From a candidate division WOR-3 bacterium (GTDB lineage: Bacteria > Hydrothermota > Hydrothermia > B15-G9 > WFZT01), in assembly GCA_027053075.1 (NCBI GenBank), contig JALUEE010000090.1, positions 1 through 64,000 on the forward strand: DNA of 64,000 nt, read 5' to 3'. Under the pieces are notes generated by a model. The model was not told the DNA's origin. It did no database searches and saw only the letters and a list, made by a program, of their open reading frames with translations. Shown here one piece after another: positions 9,162 through 19,314 of this stretch. The position numbers and the translations under genes were made by a program. Each line of letters opens with the position of its first letter. The first letter of the stretch is position 1.

Positions 9162-10220
9162 ATGATGTTTTTAATTCTCTTTTTCTTTACAAACTTCAAC
9201 GCCAGGCTGGATTACTCCATATTTGAAGCCCTTAATCTTGTTTATCAGGATGATTATACTTTTGCAGAGCAGATTTTCGATTCACTCATAACAAAATACC
9301 CTGGAACTCCCATTTTCTACGTACTCAAAGCAGGATTGTTGGATGCCTATATGCTTGACCATTCTACCAATGAATGGGAACCTGATTTCTACCGTACCGT
9401 CGAGAAGGGCATTGGCGTTGGCAAAAAATCTTTAAAAGAAGCCCAAACTCGTGAAGATTCCGGGTGGGCCTACTTTTCCCTCGCGTCACTTTACGGCTAC
9501 CGGGCGGTTCGAAAAGGGCGCCATAAGAGTTACATAAAAGCCCTGAGTGATGCTTACAAAGCCATTTCCTACTACAAAAAGACCCTCAAAATATACCCTG
9601 AACTTTATGACGCCTACCTTGGACTCGGAACCTTTCACTTTGCCCTTTCAGTGCTTCCCCGGTTTGTCAAATGGTTTATTGCCCCCGGGGATTATCGAGA
9701 GAAGGCATTAAAAGAGATAAAACTTGCTGCAGATAGCGCAAAATATACAAGAATTCCAGCGCGAGATGAGTATGCATGGGTTCTCGCATTTCTTAAACCC
9801 TCGAGGAAGGCAGTGAGAATCGCAAAATCAGTGGTGAATTCCTATCCAAATTCCCGGTCATTTATGTGGACACTTGCTTTTACCTATAGACGCCGCGGGC
9901 ACTGGTGGGAAGTTGAAAGAGCTTTCAAAAAACTTGTACCCATGACCCTCAAGGACCAGCGTGAGTATTATTACAGTCTGACCATTCTTTACTACAACCT
10001 TGCAAAGGCAAAGTATTTTAACGCCCACACCGATGATGCAGAATGGTACCTTGACCTTGCATATTTTTATCTTTATTTTGTCAGAGAGAAAATGCCTGAC
10101 ATGGACGATGTCAAAAAAGGTATGGAAAAACTTAGAAAATGGATTAACAGAAGGAAGCAATGGAGAGCAAATCATGGACCTATTAAAAATTTTAGACGAG
10201 TACAAAAAAGACGTCATTGA
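9162..10220 (+). CDS. Exported tetratricopeptide-repeat protein
   Basis: Hydrophobic N-terminus; TPR-like YKKTLKIYPELYDAYLGLG. Confidence 0.75.
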   Translation: MMFLILFFFTNFNARLDYSIFEALNLVYQDDYTFAEQIFDSLITKYPGTPIFYVLKAGLLDAYMLDHSTNEWEPDFYRTVEKGIGVGKKSLKEAQTREDSGWAYFSLASLYGYRAVRKGRHKSYIKALSDAYKAISYYKKTLKIYPELYDAYLGLGTFHFALSVLPRFVKWFIAPGDYREKALKEIKLAADSAKYTRIPARDEYAWVLAFLKPSRKAVRIAKSVVNSYPNSRSFMWTLAFTYRRRGHWWEVERAFKKLVPMTLKDQREYYYSLTILYYNLAKAKYFNAHTDDAEWYLDLAYFYLYFVREKMPDMDDVKKGMEKLRKWINRRKQWRANHGPIKNFRRVQKRRH

Positions 10221-10890
10221 ACTTTATGGAGAAAAGCTTGTCTCCATTTACCTCTACGGAAGTGCCGCTACTCCATCATTCATACCGGGTGTATCCGATT
10301 TAAACTTCCTTATTATCCTCGATGAGGTAAATATCAATGACCTCAAGCTTTACCACAGAATTCACGCAAAATGGGCCAAAAAGAAGGTCGCCCCTCCGAT
10401 TATCGCAACCCCTGATTACTTATTTCGTTCCACCGATGTTTTTCCGCTTGAATTCAGCGAAATAATGGAAAATCACATTCTTGTTTTTGGAAAAGACCTT
10501 GTGAACTCTATTGATATTCAGGCCGGGAACCTTAGATTGCAGGTGGAAAGTGAACTCAAAGGCAAACTCCTAAAATTCCGGCAGGGCATCATTTTTCTCT
10601 CAAATGATACTACAGAGTTCAAAAGATTTTTCATTCGAACAGTTACCTCGTTCGTACCCGTATTCAGGGGGGTTTTAAGATTATTCAACGTTAAGCCACC
10701 CTATGATTTCCTTGAACTGGCGCATAAACTTGAGGAGCAGACCGGATTTTCAAGCTCAATCCTCGAAAAGGCATGGGAGATAAAGAAGGGTGCCCCAATT
10801 TCTCACGACGACTTAAATAATGTCACGTATCAGTTCCATGAGGAGCTGGAAAAACTTATCGATCTCGTTGACCGGCTAAAGGTGAAATGA
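10174..10890 (+). CDS. Pol-beta-superfamily nucleotidyltransferase-domain protein
   Basis: LYGSAA....GVSDLNFLII motif and DVFPLEF; start set at ATG 10174 after GGAGA. Confidence 0.75.
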   Translation: MDLLKILDEYKKDVIELYGEKLVSIYLYGSAATPSFIPGVSDLNFLIILDEVNINDLKLYHRIHAKWAKKKVAPPIIATPDYLFRSTDVFPLEFSEIMENHILVFGKDLVNSIDIQAGNLRLQVESELKGKLLKFRQGIIFLSNDTTEFKRFFIRTVTSFVPVFRGVLRLFNVKPPYDFLELAHKLEEQTGFSSSILEKAWEIKKGAPISHDDLNNVTYQFHEELEKLIDLVDRLKVK

Positions 10891-11591
10891 AACTGCTTTT
10901 ATTTATTGCAATATTGATGAAATTCCCTGCTCCGAGAGGGTATGTCAATGATTTTGCCCATATCCTATCGCCAGCGGAAGAGGCGAGAATAGAGCATCTC
11001 TGCCGAATTGCAAAGCAAAAACTCGGTGTCGAAATAGCAGTTGTAACCATTGAAACCTACGAGCCATATTCATCCATCGAAGAGTATGCCTTCAGATTGT
11101 TTGAATCATGGGGAATTGGCTCAAAATCAAAGGATAATGGCCTTCTATTTCTTGTCTCGTTGAGAGAGCGGAGGGTGAGAATAGAAGTTGGTTACGGCCT
11201 TGAGGGAATTATAACCGATGGCCGTGCGGGAGACATAATCAGAAATTACATCGTACCATACTTTAAAAAAGGGGAATTTGGCAAAGGGCTTGAGAATGGC
11301 ATCCGAAGGGCCATGGAACTGATCGCCGTAGAATACAGTGTAAATCTGGATGAAACCGAAAAAGCACAGCCTGTGAGCCAGAATCAAAACGACTGGCGTA
11401 GTGCTATTATCTGGTTGATCTTTGTTATCCTCTTCATTCTCCCATTTTTCTTGAGAAAAAAAAGAAGAGGCGGAACAATTTTCTGGGGAGGTGGATTTGG
11501 AGGATGGGGTGGAGGAGATGGCGGCGGTGGAGGATTTGGAGGCTTTGGAGGAGGCGCCTCTGGAGGAGGTGGCGCGAGTGGTGGCTGGTAA
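10887..11591 (+). CDS. TPM-domain (YgcG-like) membrane protein
   Basis: VNDFAHIL, WGIG, RIEVGYGLEG, one TM, Gly-rich tail ending GGGGASGGW. Confidence 0.92.
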   Translation: MKLLLFIAILMKFPAPRGYVNDFAHILSPAEEARIEHLCRIAKQKLGVEIAVVTIETYEPYSSIEEYAFRLFESWGIGSKSKDNGLLFLVSLRERRVRIEVGYGLEGIITDGRAGDIIRNYIVPYFKKGEFGKGLENGIRRAMELIAVEYSVNLDETEKAQPVSQNQNDWRSAIIWLIFVILFILPFFLRKKRRGGTIFWGGGFGGWGGGDGGGGGFGGFGGGASGGGGASGGW

Positions 11592-11623
11592 TTCCCATAA
11601 CTTCAACAGTTTTCAACTGGGGG

Positions 11624-11652
11624 TTGATTTTACCCAACGGCGTTGTTATAAT
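11624..11652 (+). promoter_or_regulatory. Promoter TTGATT-N17-TATAAT with extended -10 (TGn)
   Basis: Direct consensus match. Confidence 0.6.
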
Positions 11653-11718
11653 TATTCACGCTTAAAGATGATGCTCTTTAAATAACGATAAAAATCCCCA
11701 TCCAACCACCCCCTCCTG

Positions 11719-11757
11719 CCCCAGGGAGTCCGTCCCCGCTCCCTGGGGATTTTTTTT
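11719..11757 (+). terminator. Intrinsic terminator
   Basis: CCCCAGGGAG/CTCCCTGGGG 10-bp stem followed by A and T8. Confidence 0.8.
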
Positions 11758-11773
11758 CTTTATAATATTTTCC

Positions 11774-12643
11774 ATGCAGGCTTATCTCCTTGTCCTTATT
11801 TGCGTCTCTCTCTGGGCCCTTATCCCGGTAGTTTCAAAATTAGGACAGACAAACCTCGACCATCACCAGTTTCTATTCTGGTCAAGTCTCCTCTCTTTCC
11901 TTGCATACTTCATTCCGCTCGTCCTAAAAAGGAATTCAGGCTGGAGTCTCTCGAGAAAAGAATCTTTTGAGGCTACAGGGCTTGGATTCCTTGGAACCTA
12001 TCTTTACTACATTTTGCTGTACTATGGCTACTCTCATGCAAAGCCCCTCGAAGTGCTGATAATTCAATACAGCTGGCCCATTTTTATCGTGATTTTATCT
12101 ATGATCATATTGAATGAGCGTCTCACTGCTCTGCGGGGAGTTTCAGCACTATTTGGATTTATGGCAGTTTTACTTGTGATAACCAGGGGAAATTTACATA
12201 GTATCCGGTTTTCAAATCTCAGCGTTGACCTGATAGTTCTTTTTGCCGCTTTTGTTTTTGCACTGTTTTCTGTACTGAGTAAAGACATAAAAATCCAGCC
12301 TTTACCTCTTCTTACTGTGTATTTTGGAACAGCCCTAATTTTTTCGCTCGCGGGGATGTTTATCTTCTCGAGCTTCAGAGTGCCTCACGGCAAAAGTATT
12401 CTGCCGGTGCTAATAAATGGAATCTTAGTGAATGGGTACTCCTACCTATTCTGGATACTTGCATTGAGGAAGGCGGAAGCGTCATATGTTGCGCTGTTTG
12501 TGTACCTAACGCCGATAATTTCGACTATGTATGTTGTGTTAATTTTTGGGGCGAGGCTCAGCCCGATTTTCGGGCTGAGCCTCGCCCTCATAGTTATAGC
12601 CGGCATTCTAAATCAGAAATCACAGATGGGAAGCTCGGGTTAA
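11774..12643 (+). CDS. DMT/EamA family transporter
   Basis: About 10 TMs in two EamA repeats; YSWPIF..LNERL and YLTPI motifs. Confidence 0.88.
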   Translation: MQAYLLVLICVSLWALIPVVSKLGQTNLDHHQFLFWSSLLSFLAYFIPLVLKRNSGWSLSRKESFEATGLGFLGTYLYYILLYYGYSHAKPLEVLIIQYSWPIFIVILSMIILNERLTALRGVSALFGFMAVLLVITRGNLHSIRFSNLSVDLIVLFAAFVFALFSVLSKDIKIQPLPLLTVYFGTALIFSLAGMFIFSSFRVPHGKSILPVLINGILVNGYSYLFWILALRKAEASYVALFVYLTPIISTMYVVLIFGARLSPIFGLSLALIVIAGILNQKSQMGSSG

Positions 12644-12734
12644 ACCCAGCCGGTTACCCGGTAATATTTTTATTCGGTTCATTTATGGGGAAACTAAACA
12701 AGAAAAAAGATGGAGGACTTATTTATGGTGAAAA

Positions 12735-12771
12735 AGGGTGTGGGCGGCGCCTTCGGCGCCGCCCACACCCT
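12735..12771. terminator. Perfect 17-bp hairpin, probable terminator of mdh
   Basis: AGGGTGTGGGCGGCGCC-TTC-GGCGCCGCCCACACCCT with a T-tract on the minus strand, between convergent genes. Confidence 0.8.
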
Positions 12772-12779
12772 CAAATTTC

Positions 12780-13730
<951 letters not shown>

Positions 13731-13803
13731 TTACCTCCATTTAAATTTTCAATTAAATTTTATGCCATAAATCGAATATGTTCAATGAATTGCCCGGTGG
13801 AAA

Positions 13804-14661
13804 CTAATACCTTTCGACTGGATAGCGCCAGTCTTTGTCGAGACACATCTTTGAAAGCCTCGTGATTGTGGGAGGTTTTCTTTTGTGCTCTGAGCGTATG
13901 ATTCTGCGATAAATGTCCTCAACTGAGTCCATGCTGATATTGAGCAACTCCGAAGTTTCCCGGACTGAGAGCTCAAGCTCCACGAGAGCGTATAGAACCC
14001 GGTCTATTTCGTAATATGTGTGTCCAAGTTCTTCTTCGTCAGTTTGTCCCTTCCAGAGCCCAGCAGATGGTTTCTTGCGTATGATTTCCGTTGGGATACC
14101 GATATATTCGGCAAGTTGCCAGACCTGAGTTTTATAAAGGTCACCTATAGGATAGATATCTGCTGCCATATCGCCAAATTTTGTTCCATATCCGAGGAGA
14201 AGCTCTGTTTTGTTGGACGTACCAAGGACAATCTTGCCCTCGTAGTTGGCATACATGTAGTTTACGATCATCCTTATCCGGGGCTTTACATTGGCAATGG
14301 TGAGTCGAGTCTGAGGATCATTTAGGTCCTGATTGGGGAGCATCTCTGTAAACCATTTCACAGCATCGTTGATTTTAATATACTTGTATTTGATCCCCCG
14401 GGATTTAACAAGATTCAGGGCATCCCGAATGTCATTTTCAGGAGAAATTCCCTCTTCTGGCATTATGATGGCAAGCAGTTTGTCCCCAAGAACCTCGTGG
14501 GCAAGAGTGGCCACAAGGGATGAATCAATTCCACCGGAAAGCGCCACCACTCCGCCTTTTGCACGTATTTTCTCAATCCTCGTTAGGATAGATTTTTGGA
14601 TGATCCTTTTAAAGATTTCGAGCTCTTCTTCAGTGAGTTTTATGTCTATTGTCTGGTTCAT
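13804..14661 (-). CDS. nadE: NAD+ synthetase, synthetase domain only
   Basis: SGGIDS, N.KPRIRM, GTSNKTE..GY.TKFGD, PSAGLW.GQTDE. Confidence 0.93.
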   Translation of the reverse strand: MNQTIDIKLTEEELEIFKRIIQKSILTRIEKIRAKGGVVALSGGIDSSLVATLAHEVLGDKLLAIIMPEEGISPENDIRDALNLVKSRGIKYKYIKINDAVKWFTEMLPNQDLNDPQTRLTIANVKPRIRMIVNYMYANYEGKIVLGTSNKTELLLGYGTKFGDMAADIYPIGDLYKTQVWQLAEYIGIPTEIIRKKPSAGLWKGQTDEEELGHTYYEIDRVLYALVELELSVRETSELLNISMDSVEDIYRRIIRSEHKRKPPTITRLSKMCLDKDWRYPVERY

Positions 14662-15491
14662 AGATTCATATCCTCATAGGCATCAAGGAGTTCTTCGAGA
14701 ATCTCCCTTCTTACCTCACGCACCCTGATGTCGCGTCTTCGAAGTCTCTTTGATTCGTCCAGGTCGATTTCCACTGTATCAAAGGTTTCTTCAAGCAGTG
14801 GAAGCTCTTTTATCAGCTTACCAGATGCACTGAACGCCATGCTACCTCCCCAATAGGTAACGCCGTCCTGTATCCCTGACTGGTTCACGAAAACAGCGGG
14901 AAGTATATTGTCTCTCACGCGCTCCCTCAGAAAATCTTTCCACAGTAGGTTTTTGCCTCTATCGTAGGGAGATGCAGAGAGAACAATCAGTATTTCAGCG
15001 CCGCGGAATGTTAGTCCCCTTGATGGCTCAGGAAACCATACATCCTCGCAGATCAGGACACCAAGGTTTGCATATTTTGTTTTAAAAACTGGCAGATGTG
15101 AGCCGGGTTTAAAGTATCTTTTCTCATCAAAAAGCCTGTAGTTTACAAGTTGCACCTTATGATACTTACCGATAATCTCACCGTCTTCGATGATAGCAGC
15201 TGCATTGTAGAAAAATCCCCTTTCATCCTGGTCAACAAATCCGACTACTCCAATTATTCCGGCCTCTCCGGCTACCTGCTTTATCTCCTCGAGGGCTTCG
15301 AGATTTTCGTTGACCTTATCGAGATAGATGTCGCCAGAGCCAAATCCCAGGGTCGAAAGCTCTGGAGTTATGAGGATTTTCGCCCCACTCTCCCGTGCTT
15401 TATAGATGGCATCAATTATTTTCTCCTTGTTGCCCTGAACATCTCCAAGTTTCGTTTCAATCTGGGCCATTGCAATCTTTAGTTTCTTCAT
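14658..15491 (-). CDS. Nitrilase/carbon-nitrogen hydrolase, probable NadE glutaminase subunit
   Basis: E-K-C triad (PELS, HKVQL, ICEDVW); NY.LFDEKRYF and SASPY; coupled to nadE. Confidence 0.85.
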   Translation of the reverse strand: MKKLKIAMAQIETKLGDVQGNKEKIIDAIYKARESGAKILITPELSTLGFGSGDIYLDKVNENLEALEEIKQVAGEAGIIGVVGFVDQDERGFFYNAAAIIEDGEIIGKYHKVQLVNYRLFDEKRYFKPGSHLPVFKTKYANLGVLICEDVWFPEPSRGLTFRGAEILIVLSASPYDRGKNLLWKDFLRERVRDNILPAVFVNQSGIQDGVTYWGGSMAFSASGKLIKELPLLEETFDTVEIDLDESKRLRRRDIRVREVRREILEELLDAYEDMNL

Positions 15492-15492
15492 G

Positions 15493-15804
15493 TCAATCCG
15501 CCAGGGTTAATACAACCTTTCGCCCCACCTTGACTATTTTCCCGGGTAATGGGTACTGCTCGACAACAGTCTGCGGTGGAGCGGGGTAGGTTTTGTACCC
15601 CTTTATTACGGGAACGAGCCCGTGTTTTACGAGAGTTACATTAGCCTTTGAAACACTCATACCTCTCACGTCTGGCACCTTTACCTCCTGCCCGTGACGA
15701 GTGTACATGGGCATGATTACCTGGTCAACCACAACGAGGGTGACCAGGGAAAGCACTCCAAACGTAATAAGTGCTATGATAACAATTTTTAAATACCGCT
15801 TCAC
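15493..15804 (-). CDS. Single-PASTA-domain membrane protein
   Basis: N-terminal TM; VPDVRGMS..A and V.EQYP.PG..V motifs. Confidence 0.85.
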   Translation of the reverse strand: MKRYLKIVIIALITFGVLSLVTLVVVDQVIMPMYTRHGQEVKVPDVRGMSVSKANVTLVKHGLVPVIKGYKTYPAPPQTVVEQYPLPGKIVKVGRKVVLTLAD

Positions 15805-15822
15805 GGCTCTATTTTTTAGCTC

Positions 15823-16737
15823 TTACAGTATTTTGTCAATAATAAACGAGACCGCAAGGAGCAATCCGATATTCAGGTGAAGCTTTATCGTGGCGGCATT
15901 TGCAGGTGTAAGCTCACGGAACCTGTTGTAATTGTTTTTCACAATTTTCTGGGTTTTGATAGCCACAGGGAGAGTGACAAAGACGATTAATGAGCAGACA
16001 GGGAGTGCTTTTGCAAGGATACCAATAATTACACTCAGGTAGGATAGATAGAGCAAGATGATGTAAATCTGTGCCGCCCTGTTTAATCCAAGTCTTGCTA
16101 CAAGATGAACTTTGCCCGCTTTTTTATCCGCTTCACTGTCCTGAAATTGGTTGATCCAGAGAACAAGTGTTATGAGAAGGGAGACTGGAATGGATGCAAT
16201 AACCGGTGTCCATGAGAGAAAATCTGTTTGAACAAAAAATGCCCCCAATGTGATCAAAATACCGAAGTTCAAGCCAATGAGAATTTCACCCACACCCTTT
16301 CCGGCAAGGAAAAGAGGGGTTGCAGTATAAAAATAACCTGAAAGAAGTCCGATGAATCCGAGTATCAGAACAATGTATCCATGACGAATGAAAAGGATGA
16401 TACCCATTGCAAGGGCAATGAGGTATGCGACCATAAAGATCCCCTTCATCTCTTCTGGAGAAATTAAACCATTTGGAATCATTCTTGAGCCCCCGGTAAA
16501 GGGGAAAGCGAATGTTTTATTGTACCTGTCTGTTCCGTTTTTCCAGTCATAGTAGTCGTTTGAGGCGTTTGCACCTGCGTGAAGTGCGATCACTCCCACG
16601 AGCGTTAAAAGGAAATCCACCAGCGAAAATTTACCATACCACGCCCAGGCCATGGCCGTACCGAGCAATACAGGCACAATACTTGCAGTGAAGAATGGCG
16701 GTCGAGTTGCCATAATGTAAAGCTTCAGTCGTTTCAT
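15823..16737 (-). CDS. menA: 1,4-dihydroxy-2-naphthoate prenyltransferase (UbiA family)
   Basis: RP.F..AS, NDYYDW..GTD, GGSR, NQFQD..D...GK. Confidence 0.85.
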   Translation of the reverse strand: MKRLKLYIMATRPPFFTASIVPVLLGTAMAWAWYGKFSLVDFLLTLVGVIALHAGANASNDYYDWKNGTDRYNKTFAFPFTGGSRMIPNGLISPEEMKGIFMVAYLIALAMGIILFIRHGYIVLILGFIGLLSGYFYTATPLFLAGKGVGEILIGLNFGILITLGAFFVQTDFLSWTPVIASIPVSLLITLVLWINQFQDSEADKKAGKVHLVARLGLNRAAQIYIILLYLSYLSVIIGILAKALPVCSLIVFVTLPVAIKTQKIVKNNYNRFRELTPANAATIKLHLNIGLLLAVSFIIDKIL

Positions 16738-17402
16738 CAGTCCTCACCTCCGTTTTCTTCAAGGATTTTTAAAATCATGCGAAAATCACTTTTGATTTCA
16801 TGCATACGGCCTGGATTTCTCAAAATTGCCGCGGGGTGATATGTAACGAGCAACCTGGGGCCGAAAACCGATTCGTGGAGTTTACCCCTGAGTTTTGAAA
16901 GCGGAACCTTATCTCTTCCGGATAGGAAATACGCAGCAAATCTGCCAAGTGCCACAAGAAGCTTGGGTTTTATTATTTTTATCTGCTTTACAAGATATGG
17001 GCTGCATGCCCTGATTTCTGCTGGAAGAGGGTCTCTATTGCCGGGAGGTCTGCATTTTAAAACATTGGCAATGTAAACATCTTTTTCCCTGTCAAGCCCA
17101 ATCTCCTTTAGAAGTTGAGTCAAGAGTTTACCAGCCCTGCCAACGAATGGCAGACCTTCACGGTCTTCATCTGCACCCGGTGCCTCTCCCACAAACATAA
17201 CCTTTGCGTATGGATTCCCTGAGCCGAAAACGTAGTTTGTTTTTTGCAGGTGAAGGGGACACTTCTTACACCTGTAAACCTCTTCTTTTAGCTCTTCGAG
17301 TTCTTTTTCGACAGTTCTCACCTCTTCCTTCTCCACCAAAATTTCATTTATTCCGAGGAATTCTTTTAAAAACAGGAGTACTTCTAAGTTATCCTTTCTC
17401 AA
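16737..17402 (-). CDS. Family 4 uracil-DNA glycosylase
   Basis: CKKC, GEAPG, PFVG.AG, KCRPP.NR, HPAA. Confidence 0.93.
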   Translation of the reverse strand: MRKDNLEVLLFLKEFLGINEILVEKEEVRTVEKELEELKEEVYRCKKCPLHLQKTNYVFGSGNPYAKVMFVGEAPGADEDREGLPFVGRAGKLLTQLLKEIGLDREKDVYIANVLKCRPPGNRDPLPAEIRACSPYLVKQIKIIKPKLLVALGRFAAYFLSGRDKVPLSKLRGKLHESVFGPRLLVTYHPAAILRNPGRMHEIKSDFRMILKILEENGGED

Positions 17403-18567
17403 TTTTCTCGGCTATTTTGTCATAAAGCAAAATTGCAAGCTCGGACTTGGTTATGGTCTCGAGGGGTATTCTCTCTCCATCCTTCGTTAGAATGTAGCCA
17501 CTGATGTAATCGCTTCCCATGGCAGTAGCGTAATTTGCTACAATCATGTCCACTCCCTTCTCTTCCATCTTTTTTCTGGCGTTTTCAAGTAGATTTTTAG
17601 ATTCAAGAGCAAATCCCACGAAAACCTGGTCGGGTCTCTTATGTTCACTCAGACTTTTCAAAATGTCTTCAGTAGGCTCAAATTCTACCACCAGTTTTCC
17701 ACCCCTTTTAACCTTGCCTTCCATTCTCCCAACAGGCTTAAAATCCGATACAGCGGCGGCCATTATCAGGACATCCGCTTTAGGCACAATTTCATGAAGG
17801 GTCGCCGAAAGCTGGTCAACACTGCGTGCGTAATAAATTTCATCGTAGTAAAGGGGATGAACCTCTACTCTTCCCACCACCGCGATAACGTGAGCTCCGA
17901 GTTCTTTTGCCCTTCTTGAGAGCGAAATACCCATTTTGCCGCTGGATTTATTGGTAATTACACGCACTTCGTCAATATCTTCTTCAGTGCCACCATAGGT
18001 AATGACAATTTTTTTACCGCGTAATTTTCTCTCGGTATTTCCAATCTCGATGACCCTCTCAATGATGTCTTCGGGCTCAGCCATACGACCAATGCCACGA
18101 TCTCCAGAGGAAAGCTCACCTTCGTAAGGACCTATGAATTCATAGCCAAAAATTTTCAGCCTTTTAACATTGTCCTGAAGCACGCGACTGTTCCACATCT
18201 CGGTGTGCATGGCTGGAGCAAGTAAAACAGGTCTGTCAATAGCTCCGATGGTGGATGTCAGAAGGTCATCTGCAAGTCCGTGGGCGAGCTTACCTAAAAA
18301 GTGCATGGTGGCCGGTGCCACTACTACAACATCTGGCCACCTCGCGAGCTCGATGTGAAGAGGGACTTTCTGACCAGGAATCCAGAAGTCGTCCTCTGTA
18401 AAAACATCGTTAACCGTAAGGTTTGATATAGAGAGTGATGAGATAAAATTCTCACCCCCTCTTGAAAGTATAGTTTTTACTTCATGTCCGGCTTTTACTA
18501 AAAGCCTTGCAACTAAAACACTTTTGTATGCCGCTATACTACCGGTTACGCCCAGAAGGACCTTCAC
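17389..18567 (-). CDS. coaBC: Phosphopantothenoylcysteine decarboxylase/ligase
   Basis: GSIAAYK, APAT, PAMH..MW, N.SSGKMG, AAVSDF, VGFALE. Confidence 0.95.
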   Translation of the reverse strand: MKVLLGVTGSIAAYKSVLVARLLVKAGHEVKTILSRGGENFISSLSISNLTVNDVFTEDDFWIPGQKVPLHIELARWPDVVVVAPATMHFLGKLAHGLADDLLTSTIGAIDRPVLLAPAMHTEMWNSRVLQDNVKRLKIFGYEFIGPYEGELSSGDRGIGRMAEPEDIIERVIEIGNTERKLRGKKIVITYGGTEEDIDEVRVITNKSSGKMGISLSRRAKELGAHVIAVVGRVEVHPLYYDEIYYARSVDQLSATLHEIVPKADVLIMAAAVSDFKPVGRMEGKVKRGGKLVVEFEPTEDILKSLSEHKRPDQVFVGFALESKNLLENARKKMEEKGVDMIVANYATAMGSDYISGYILTKDGERIPLETITKSELAILLYDKIAEKIEKG

Positions 18568-18787
18568 TTATCACCACCTTTCTGACTTTTGTCTTTTTAA
18601 CAATCCTCCACTTAATTTCACCTCTGATCAGTTTCTCAAGTGCCAGTATGGTGGGCTTTATAGGTAACTTCTCTCCCTTTTCTCTTGCCTCTCTTGCGAT
18701 TCTCCTTGCTTCTTTAGATGCAATCACAATTGCTTTGTATTTATTGGGCATAACCTTCCACAGATCATCAACTGTGAATCTTTCCAT
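18539..18787 (-). CDS. rpoZ: RNA polymerase omega subunit
   Basis: NKY.A..IASKEARRI and KP...AL; directly upstream of coaBC. Confidence 0.85.
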   Translation of the reverse strand: MERFTVDDLWKVMPNKYKAIVIASKEARRIAREAREKGEKLPIKPTILALEKLIRGEIKWRIVKKTKVRKVVISEGPSGRNR

Positions 18788-18852
18788 TTTTCAATCACCT
18801 CCAGGGCGTTGATTATAAAGCATTCAACCCGTATTTGGAATGTTTTTATGTG

Positions 18853-18903
18853 CTTTTTTAGGGGTGGCCCGCGCACTCTGTGCGCGGGCCACCCCTAAAA
18901 AAG
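18853..18903. repeat. Perfect palindrome with 24-bp arms (GGGGTGGCC..GCAC family)
   Basis: CTTTTTTAGGGGTGGCCCGCGCAC-TCT-GTGCGCGGGCCACCCCTAAAAAAG. Confidence 0.9.
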
Positions 18904-18985
18904 AGAGACAACTTTTCAATCAGCCCAACATGAGCTATTTGGCGAACTTCACGTTATTTGGGTTTCCAAAAGGAATCCCCCCATC

Positions 18986-19040
18986 TATCTCCTCCCCCCG
19001 CATAAATTTGTTCGCGGGGGGAGGATGAAAGGAGAGGGGC
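18986..19040. repeat. BoxC/REP-like hairpin
   Basis: TCCTCCCCCCGC-loop-GCGGGGGGAGGA followed by a purine tail. Confidence 0.65.
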
Positions 19041-19253
19041 CACATATTAAAGTTTTTTGGATAAAATGAGAGAAAATCTAACAAATTTTCCCTCACATCC
19101 AGTGTATGAGGGTATTTGTCTTAGATTATTAATTTTTCAAGAGAGATCCCTGCGTCTATACTTGCTTTGACAAGCAGTAGAAATCATTAAATACACTCTA
19201 TTTGCAAATGCAGATTATGGAGAATCAAATTTTCCAAATCCTTTTGTTTAACC

Positions 19254-19283
19254 TTGACATTGAACGATGAAAGTGATTACACT
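19254..19283 (+). promoter_or_regulatory. Promoter TTGACA-N18-TACACT
   Basis: Lies upstream of the GGAGGT RBS and ATG 19315. Confidence 0.5.
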
Positions 19284-19314
19284 AATAAAAATTTCCCAGG
19301 GAGGTAGAAAGAAG

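Noticed and set aside
10000..10173. TTG-started extension of the nucleotidyltransferase
   Set aside because: It lies inside the TPR gene; ATG 10174 has GGAGA upstream
11470..11590. GGA/GGC low-complexity run as a DNA repeat or G-quadruplex element
   Set aside because: It encodes the standard Gly-rich tail of TPM proteins
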